A DNA stretch of 64,000 nucleotides, taken from positions 12,587 through 76,586 of the forward strand of contig JBMZAB010000005.1 of the NCBI GenBank assembly GCA_049610985.1, written 5' to 3'. Of this stretch, positions 55,700-64,000 are shown piece by piece (within the stretch, counting starts at the first letter, position 1; each line of letters starts with the position of its first letter). The position numbers and the translations under genes are program-made. This DNA comes from Flavobacteriales bacterium. GTDB lineage: Bacteria; Bacteroidota; Bacteroidia; Flavobacteriales_D; Sanyastnellaceae. A model generated the notes under the pieces. It saw only the letters and a program-made list of their open reading frames with translations, had not been told where the DNA came from and did no database searches.

Positions 55700-56431
55700 A
55701 TGACAAACAACACACCCCTCCGCATTTGGATCACTGGCGCCTCCAGCGGCATCGGAAAAGCATGCGCTTTGACCTTGGCCGGCGCAGGCCACCACGTCCT
55801 CGCCTCCGCGAGGTCCCGCGCCGCCTTAGACGCACTGTTGGAAGAAGCCCAGGGCCTTGAAGGCTCGGTGTCCGCACTCCCCTGCGACGTCACGGACTTG
55901 GTGTCCGTGGCGCGCTGTGTGGAGTGGATTTCTGACCACTGGGCAGGCCTCGACGTGGTCATCCCCAACGCGGGCATCGGCTACTTCGATCCGCTTGAAA
56001 ACGCGAAAATCGAGGAGTGGCACGCCATGGTGGACGTCAACGTCACCGGGGTGTTGAACAGCTTGCACGCGACGCTGCCTCTGTTGTTGGCTTCCAAAGG
56101 ACATGTGGTGAACATCGGCTCCTTGGCCGCCCGCCAAGTGTTTCCTAACAGCGGCATTTACTGCGCCACCAAGCACGCCGTACTGGCCATTTCTGAGTCG
56201 CTCCGGACGGAGTTCAAGGGGCAGCTGGCCGTCACCACGATCAACCCAGGCGCGGTCAACACCCCCTTCATCGACCGCACCACCAACGACGAACTTCGGG
56301 CCAATTACCGCCCCCAATTCGACGTGGGAATGACCCCGGAATACGTGGCGGAAGCGGCCTTGTTTGCGGTGGAAAGCAGAGGCAGAGGCATCGTCAGCGA
56401 GCTCACCATTCGTCCCGACACAAGAAACTGA
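55700..56431 (+). CDS. short-chain dehydrogenase/reductase
   Basis: ITGASSGIGKA (TGxxxGxG) and catalytic YCATK (Y-x3-K). Confidence 0.9.
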   Translation: MTNNTPLRIWITGASSGIGKACALTLAGAGHHVLASARSRAALDALLEEAQGLEGSVSALPCDVTDLVSVARCVEWISDHWAGLDVVIPNAGIGYFDPLENAKIEEWHAMVDVNVTGVLNSLHATLPLLLASKGHVVNIGSLAARQVFPNSGIYCATKHAVLAISESLRTEFKGQLAVTTINPGAVNTPFIDRTTNDELRANYRPQFDVGMTPEYVAEAALFAVESRGRGIVSELTIRPDTRN

Positions 56432-57552
56432 TGACGTACAAGTTGAGACTTATCACCTCGTCCATCGGTTGGGGAGGATTGGAGCGCAATTTGTTGGTCA
56501 TGGCCCAATGGATGACCAAGGCCGGACACGAGGTGTCGTACGCCGCCGTGGAAGGTTCCCCGAGCTGGAACCATGCCCCGTCGTTTGGGGTCACCCCAGA
56601 AGCCATCCCCCATCATCCTCGTCGTGCCACCGTGTTGGATGTGCGACGGTGGAAGCAACTGGCACGCGAAGCCGACTTGGTGTGGATTCGGGCCCCGCGA
56701 GATTTGGACGTGGCCAGCCGCGCATGCCGCCAGACCGGCACCCCATTGTTGGTGCAACAGGCCATGCAGATCTCCAAGCCCAAAACGCTGTGGTGGCACA
56801 AGCGCCGCTACAGAACGGTGAACGCGTGGGTCAGCGGACTTGAATCGTTGCGTGCCGAATCCCTCGCAAACACCCCCCTCCAGGCGCCTCAATCCCACGT
56901 CCTCCCCCTCCCCTTGGCGCCACGCTGGTTTGACACGAGCCGCATGGGCACGCTGTCCGCCCGCCGCCACCTCGGCTTGATTGTGCCTGACGGCGTGAAG
57001 CTGGTCGGCACAGTGGGACGGTTGGATCCCGGCAAAGGCCAGCGAATGGCCCTTCGCGCGTTGGCACAACTCCCTGACCATGTGCACTGGCTGTTTGTCG
57101 GGGACAACACCGTCAACAACGGCGTCAATGAAGCGAGTCACTTGAAGCACCTGGCGGCGAAATTGGGGGTGAACGATCGCGTCCATTGGCTGGAAGGCCG
57201 CAACGACGTGCTTTCAGTGTACGACGCCCTGGACGTGTTTGCCATGACCAGCCACGCCGAGACGATTGGAACCGTCACGCTGGAAGCCATGGCCCGCCTT
57301 GTGCCGGTTGTGGGCTCCTTGGCCGGCGGCACCCCGGAATTGCTGGATGGGGGGCGCGGCATCGGATTTGAATCCCGCGACGACCGCGATCTCGCACGTG
57401 CCATCCACGACGTCTTGGCCATGGACGACGACGCAACTTCTGAGATGTGCGACGCCGCCAGGGAGCATGCGATGAATTCGCACCCAGACGCCTTGATTCC
57501 CGCTTGGAACGACTTGCTGCGCCAAACCATTCAGTCGGCACGGACGACTTAA
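56431..57552 (+). CDS. glycosyltransferase family 4
   Basis: [28 protein letters not shown] at the N-terminus and a C-terminal ...[23 protein letters not shown] (E-x7-E). The start overlaps the SDR stop by 1 nt. Confidence 0.85.
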   Translation: MTYKLRLITSSIGWGGLERNLLVMAQWMTKAGHEVSYAAVEGSPSWNHAPSFGVTPEAIPHHPRRATVLDVRRWKQLAREADLVWIRAPRDLDVASRACRQTGTPLLVQQAMQISKPKTLWWHKRRYRTVNAWVSGLESLRAESLANTPLQAPQSHVLPLPLAPRWFDTSRMGTLSARRHLGLIVPDGVKLVGTVGRLDPGKGQRMALRALAQLPDHVHWLFVGDNTVNNGVNEASHLKHLAAKLGVNDRVHWLEGRNDVLSVYDALDVFAMTSHAETIGTVTLEAMARLVPVVGSLAGGTPELLDGGRGIGFESRDDRDLARAIHDVLAMDDDATSEMCDAAREHAMNSHPDALIPAWNDLLRQTIQSARTT

Positions 57553-57565
57553 GTTTGCAGCCACC

Positions 57566-59173
57566 ATGAGCGCTGCCATCCAAGACCAAATCCAACGCCG
57601 TCGCACCTTCGCGATCATCTCGCACCCGGACGCCGGCAAAACCACATTGACGGAGAAATTTCTCCTGTTTGGTGGCGCCATCCAAACGGCCGGCGCGGTC
57701 AAGAACAACAAGATCACCAAGTCTGCGGCATCCGACTTCATGGACATTGAACGCCAACGTGGCATCTCGGTGGCCACGTCGGTCATGGCGTTCCACTACA
57801 GGGACATCCTGGTCAACCTGCTCGACACCCCGGGCCACAAAGATTTCGCGGAAGACACGTACCGGACGTTGACCGCAGTAGACAGCGTCATCTTGGTGAT
57901 CGACTGCGTGAAGGGCGTGGAGCCCCAGACCGAGCGCCTCATGGAGGTCTGCCGGATGCGCAACACCCCTGTGATTGTCTTCATCAACAAGATGGACCTC
58001 GAGGGCCGCGACCCCACCGACCTGCTCGACGAGGTGGAAGCCAAGCTCAACATCCAAGTGCGGCCGTTGTCTTGGCCTATTTCTCAGGGGCACACCTTCC
58101 AAGGCGTGTACAACCTCTACAACAAGAGCCTGCGACTGTTCCAAGCGGACAAAACGAAGGTGGCCAAAGACGTGGTCGCCATCGAATCCCTTGACGACTG
58201 CGCCCTCGACGACCTCGTGGGAGAACACGCCGACACACTCCGTGAGGATGTGGAATTGGTGGAAGGGGTCTACGACGCCTGGGACCCAGCGCCTTACCTC
58301 GAGGGCAAGCTGGCGCCCGTCTTCTTTGGCAGTGCGGTGAACAACTTCGGCGTTCAGGAAATGCTGGACACCTTCATCGACATCGCGCCCAACCCCAAAC
58401 CCCGAGAAACATCCAGCCGAGAGGTTGCGCCTGACGAGTCCAAATTCACCGGGTTCATCTTCAAGATTCACGCGAACATCGACCCCAAGCATCGCGACCG
58501 CATTGCCTTCCTTCGCGTGTGCTCCGGCAGCTTCAAGCGCAACACCTTCTACCAACACACGCGCCTCACCAAAAAGCTGAAGTTTGCCAACCCTGCCACC
58601 TTCCTGGCCCAAGAAAAGAGCGTCGTGGACGAGGCTTGGCCGGGCGACGTGGTGGGCCTGTACGACACGGGAAACTTCAAAATTGGCGACACACTCACCG
58701 AGGGAGAAGATTTGCAATTCCGGGGCATCCCCAGCTTCTCGCCCGAAATCTTCAAGGAATTGGTCAACAAAGACCCCATGAAGAGCAAACAGCTGGAGAA
58801 AGGCATCCAGCAGCTGACCGACGAGGGCGTGGCCCAATTGTTCATCCGTGAAGCAGGCAACCGCAAAATCGTCGGCACCGTGGGAGAGCTGCAATTTGAG
58901 GTCATCCAATACCGTCTGGAACACGAGTACGGCGCCAAGTGCGAATTTCAAGCCAAACCCTACTCCAAGGCCTGCTGGATTGAATCCGAAAACGAAGACA
59001 AGCTCGCCGAATTCCGACGCATCAAAGCGCAGGACATTGTGCGCGACAAAGACGGCCTCGAAGTGTACCTCGCGCCGTCTCAATTCATGCTGAACATGGA
59101 GATCCAGAATTTTCCTGAAATCACCTTCCATTTCACCAGCGAATTCAAGACGGCACAAGAAGAGCACACTTGA
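57566..59173 (+). CDS. prfC: peptide chain release factor 3
   Basis: [20 protein letters not shown] (G1), DTPGHKDF (G3), INKMD (G4); the length and C-terminus fit RF3. Confidence 0.95.
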   Translation: MSAAIQDQIQRRRTFAIISHPDAGKTTLTEKFLLFGGAIQTAGAVKNNKITKSAASDFMDIERQRGISVATSVMAFHYRDILVNLLDTPGHKDFAEDTYRTLTAVDSVILVIDCVKGVEPQTERLMEVCRMRNTPVIVFINKMDLEGRDPTDLLDEVEAKLNIQVRPLSWPISQGHTFQGVYNLYNKSLRLFQADKTKVAKDVVAIESLDDCALDDLVGEHADTLREDVELVEGVYDAWDPAPYLEGKLAPVFFGSAVNNFGVQEMLDTFIDIAPNPKPRETSSREVAPDESKFTGFIFKIHANIDPKHRDRIAFLRVCSGSFKRNTFYQHTRLTKKLKFANPATFLAQEKSVVDEAWPGDVVGLYDTGNFKIGDTLTEGEDLQFRGIPSFSPEIFKELVNKDPMKSKQLEKGIQQLTDEGVAQLFIREAGNRKIVGTVGELQFEVIQYRLEHEYGAKCEFQAKPYSKACWIESENEDKLAEFRRIKAQDIVRDKDGLEVYLAPSQFMLNMEIQNFPEITFHFTSEFKTAQEEHT

Positions 59174-59195
59174 TGCGTTGTACCTTCCACACCGC

Positions 59196-59846
59196 ATGAA
59201 TTCAGTGCCCTTTCGCCTCGCATTTGTGTGTGCATTCACCTTGTGGATGGGCCCTGCCGCGTCATGCCAAACCGACAGCCTCTCCGCGCAAGTGGTGCAA
59301 GTCAGCGGCCTCGTCGTCACGGGCGATTCACTGTCTCCGCTTCCCTATTGTACGGTGTTCAGGTCGCGGGACCGTCGCGGAACCATGACCGACGCCCGCG
59401 GGTTTTTCAGTTTGCCAGCGCTGACGGGAGACACCTTGGAATTCTCAAGCGTGGGGTACGTGAGCCAACAGGCCGTCATTCCTGAAGGGGGTGCGTTGGC
59501 CCGGGTAAATCTGGTCCAACCGATGGGCCGCGATACCGTGGCCATGAAAGATGCGTTCGTCTATCCTTGGCCAAGCCGCGAGCGCTTTCGTCAAGACTTC
59601 TTGGCCCTTGGCCTGCCCAACCAAGGGCTCGACCCGGCTTGGGACTCCCCCATAGACCCCATGGACGTGTACGACCGCCTGAGTGAGGTGGGCCGCGACG
59701 GGCAATCAACGTCGTCGGAGGTGCTGGCCGCCCAAGCCCAACAAGCTGGCTATGCAGGTCAGGCTCCACCTGTGAATTTGCTGAATCCAGTGGCGTGGGC
59801 ACAATTCCTTCAAGCCTTGAAATCCGGCGATTTGCGAAGGCAATGA
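59196..59846 (+). CDS. carboxypeptidase-regulatory-like domain protein
   Basis: Signal MNSVPFRLAFVCAFTLWMGPAASCQ, then ...VSGLVVTGDSLSPLPYCTVF...TMTDARGFFSLPALTGDTLEFSSVGY is the CarboxypepD_reg pattern. Confidence 0.6.
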   Translation: MNSVPFRLAFVCAFTLWMGPAASCQTDSLSAQVVQVSGLVVTGDSLSPLPYCTVFRSRDRRGTMTDARGFFSLPALTGDTLEFSSVGYVSQQAVIPEGGALARVNLVQPMGRDTVAMKDAFVYPWPSRERFRQDFLALGLPNQGLDPAWDSPIDPMDVYDRLSEVGRDGQSTSSEVLAAQAQQAGYAGQAPPVNLLNPVAWAQFLQALKSGDLRRQ

Positions 59847-62377
59847 AATCTCGAAGCCATCGAATTCTCCTTGCATGTTGGCTGGGCATGATGTCCACAA
59901 CCGGCGCATGGGCCCAGGGCTTCTTCCTCACCGGCGATGTGCAGGACACCCGAGGAACGCCCCTCCCAGGCGCAGCCGTCTTGGTAAAAGACCACCTTCG
60001 ACTCGGCGTGACCACCGACGCAGAGGGCCAATACAGCATCGAGTTTCCCCACGCCGGCCCCTGGACCGTGCAGGCTTCGTTTGTTGGACACGGGTCAGAA
60101 TCGTGGTCTTGGACCTTCGAGCGTGAACGCGTTCAGCACCCATTCAGGCTCATGCCAGGAACCAACCTTCAAGAAGCGGAAGTGGTCGGAGACGGCCGCC
60201 AAGACATGACTGTGCAACGCATCGACCCCAAGCTCGCAGGCAAGGTCCCCACCCCTAGGGGCACGATCGAGGACGCCTTGCTGCAAGCGCCGGTGAACTT
60301 CACATCCGAATTGAGCAGCGCCTACAACGTGCGGGGCGGCTCGTTCGACGAGAATTTGGTTTACGTCAACGACATCGAGGTGTACCGCCCCTTCTTGGTG
60401 AGGAGCGGTCAACAAGAAGGGCTGTCGTTCGCCAACCCCGACATGGTGGACCGCATTGAATTCAGCGCGGGCGGGTTTGAGGCCAAGTATGGGGACAAAC
60501 TGAGCTCGGTGCTGGACATCCATTACCGCAAGCCCATCGAAGCGAAGACCCGGGCGACCGCCAGCGCGCTTGGCGCCCAACTTCAACACGACAATGTGCT
60601 GGGGCCTGTGCGCATGAACGTGGGGCTTCGCTACCGCAACAACAGTTACATCCTGTCCACGTTGGATGAGCGCGGGGAATACGCGCCCACCTACCTTGAC
60701 GGCCAGTGCTACCTGACGTGGGATCCCGACGGGTACGGGCCCTGGGAATTGCAAGCCCTCGGCGTGTACGGCAGAAACGACTACAGCTTCTTGCCGGCCA
60801 CCCGCGAAACCAACATAGGCACAGTGAACCAGGCGGCCCGATTGACGGTGTACTACGACGGGCGTGAAGAGTCGGGCTACGAGACGGGGTTTGGTGCCCT
60901 GGCTGCAGAACGGCGCACCGAACAATCGCGCATCCGATTCATCCAGTCGATTTTCCAAACGGCCGAACGCGAGTCCTTCGACATCCTTGGCCAATACTTC
61001 CTCAGCGAATTGGAGCGCGACCCAGGCGGCGACACCTTCGACGAAGGCCAAACATTCGGCGTCGGCGGCTTCCTGCAGCACGGACGCAACCAATTGTGGG
61101 CCCGTGTGGTCAGCTCTGCGCTCAAGGGGAGTCACATCCTGGACCAGCATCACCTGGAGTGGGGCGTCAAGCACCGGATCGAAACGTTCGACGACATCGT
61201 TTCCGAATGGAACGTGGTGGATTCGGCAGGGTTCTTCGCGCCGCATCCCGCGGACAACTTGGGCTACCTCGACCCCGAAGACCGTCCCAATCAGGTCATC
61301 GCCCTGCCCTATTACGTGTCCGAACATAACCTGGTGTCGGCCCACCGCAGCACAGCCTTCGTCCAAGACACGTGGGCGCAAGAGACTTCACGTGGCGACC
61401 TCCGCGTTCATGTCGGGGCCCGGATCCATCGGTGGTCGGTGTTGACGCACCCCGAAGCCAGCACACGCAACACGCACGTGGTGGGCGGCCCTCGGGCCAA
61501 CGTGTCTTTCGTTCCCGCAAGCATGGCCCTGACCGTGCTTCGCGTGTCGGGTGGCTACTATTACCAGCCGCCCTTTTACCGTGAGATGCGAGGACTGGAC
61601 GGGCTCGTCCGGAATGACGTGGCGCCCCAACGCGCGATCCACGCGGTGGCCGGAGTCGACCACGAATTCTCCTCCAAGGGACGCCCCTTCAAGTTTGTGG
61701 GGGAACTCTTTTGGAAAGACCTCGACAACCTCATCCCCTACGAGATTGAAAACGTCCGACAACGATATTACGCCACCAACAACGCCTCGGGCTACGCCAC
61801 CGGCGTGGACATGATGCTCAACGGGGAATTCATCCCTGGCGTCCAAAGTTGGTTGCGCATGTCCGCGCTCAAAACGGAGGAAGACCTCGTCGACGACAGT
61901 TACGAGGAGTACTTCAATGCCGACGGACTTCAAGTCGTGCCTGGCTACCACAGCGGCCCCTATGCCAACATCACCGACACCGTGGTGGTGCTCCCGGGCA
62001 TGATTCCCCGTCCTGCAGACCAACGCTTCAGCTTCAGCCTGCTGTTTCAAGACGAGATGCCGCGCAACCCTGACTACAAGGTGTTGCTCAGCCTCTTCTA
62101 CGGAAGCGGGTTGCCCTACGGACCGCCGTCCTTCAACAGGTACCAGGATGTGCTCCGCACCCCCGCCTACCGCCGCGTCGACGTGGGCTTCTCCCGGGCC
62201 TTGTTCGGCGACGAAGATGAGCGCGACGGGCTTGTGTCCATCGAAGTCTTCAACTTGCTGGGCATCAACAACACCATCAACCACAACTGGATCCAGGACG
62301 TCAATGGCCGTTATTACGCCGTGCCCAACTTCCTGACCGGCCGCAGGCTGAACTTGAAATTCACCGTCTCTTTCTGA
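59843..62377 (+). CDS. TonB-dependent receptor (CarboxypepD_reg + plug + barrel)
   Basis: The ATG at 59843 overlaps the upstream stop (ATGA). Signal ...MMSTTGAWAQ, then FFLTGDVQDTRGTPLPGAAVLVKD. The C-terminus ...RRLNLKFTVSF ends in Phe. Confidence 0.85.
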   Translation: MKSRSHRILLACWLGMMSTTGAWAQGFFLTGDVQDTRGTPLPGAAVLVKDHLRLGVTTDAEGQYSIEFPHAGPWTVQASFVGHGSESWSWTFERERVQHPFRLMPGTNLQEAEVVGDGRQDMTVQRIDPKLAGKVPTPRGTIEDALLQAPVNFTSELSSAYNVRGGSFDENLVYVNDIEVYRPFLVRSGQQEGLSFANPDMVDRIEFSAGGFEAKYGDKLSSVLDIHYRKPIEAKTRATASALGAQLQHDNVLGPVRMNVGLRYRNNSYILSTLDERGEYAPTYLDGQCYLTWDPDGYGPWELQALGVYGRNDYSFLPATRETNIGTVNQAARLTVYYDGREESGYETGFGALAAERRTEQSRIRFIQSIFQTAERESFDILGQYFLSELERDPGGDTFDEGQTFGVGGFLQHGRNQLWARVVSSALKGSHILDQHHLEWGVKHRIETFDDIVSEWNVVDSAGFFAPHPADNLGYLDPEDRPNQVIALPYYVSEHNLVSAHRSTAFVQDTWAQETSRGDLRVHVGARIHRWSVLTHPEASTRNTHVVGGPRANVSFVPASMALTVLRVSGGYYYQPPFYREMRGLDGLVRNDVAPQRAIHAVAGVDHEFSSKGRPFKFVGELFWKDLDNLIPYEIENVRQRYYATNNASGYATGVDMMLNGEFIPGVQSWLRMSALKTEEDLVDDSYEEYFNADGLQVVPGYHSGPYANITDTVVVLPGMIPRPADQRFSFSLLFQDEMPRNPDYKVLLSLFYGSGLPYGPPSFNRYQDVLRTPAYRRVDVGFSRALFGDEDERDGLVSIEVFNLLGINNTINHNWIQDVNGRYYAVPNFLTGRRLNLKFTVSF

Positions 62378-62395
62378 CGGGAGCCACGCCCGCAG

Positions 62396-64000
<1,605 letters not shown>

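Noticed and set aside
57275-59320. 681-aa minus-strand ORF opposite prfC
   Set aside because: prfC on the plus strand has all GTPase motifs. The antisense frame is an artefact of codon bias.

Overview
GC-rich window from a Bacteroidota-type genome. The taxon is inferred from a T9SS C-terminal sorting domain, a DUF5103/T9SS-plug-like protein, a CarboxypepD_reg-type TonB-dependent receptor, a Fib_succ_major domain and a Na+-NQR operon. About 50 protein genes are tightly packed; I found no rRNA, tRNA, CRISPR array, transposase or integrase. Housekeeping blocks: two glycosyltransferases, a 2OG oxygenase, HtrA, a LON-N protein, two guanidino-modifying enzymes coupled to argS (1-9.3 kb); ffh-folD-ribD, M1 peptidase, mazG, thioredoxin (34.6-43.5 kb); nqrABCDEF-apbE plus a candidate nqrM (45.4-52.8 kb); a T9SS-plug-like gene, a beta-lactamase-fold hydrolase, SDR, GT4, prfC, a TonB receptor and partial ligA (52.9-64 kb). 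The accessory core (about 10-34.4 kb plus 43.5-45.4 kb) is the interesting part. (1) A 10-gene, 13.8-kb minus-strand operon has three Cys-type sulfatases, a formylglycine-generating enzyme, a clan GH-A hydrolase, two CBM-like lipoproteins and two large predicted outer-membrane barrels, but no SusC/SusD pair and no regulator. (2) A set of secreted proteins shares cysteine-framed 'ACNY' modules, thrombospondin-type-3-like Ca loops and a disulfide-framed single dockerin/EF-hand-like tail (CP-x-DLDGDG-x-V-x3-DLL...C). This set includes a 2379-aa mosaic protein with an F-type lectin domain, BspA-type LRRs and a Fib_succ_major domain. (3) A perfect 94-nt direct repeat (gene 3' end plus UUCG hairpin) brackets 16,962 bp that contains the whole sulfatase cluster. 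All functional calls rest on motifs read by eye from the supplied translations. No database or HMM search was possible.
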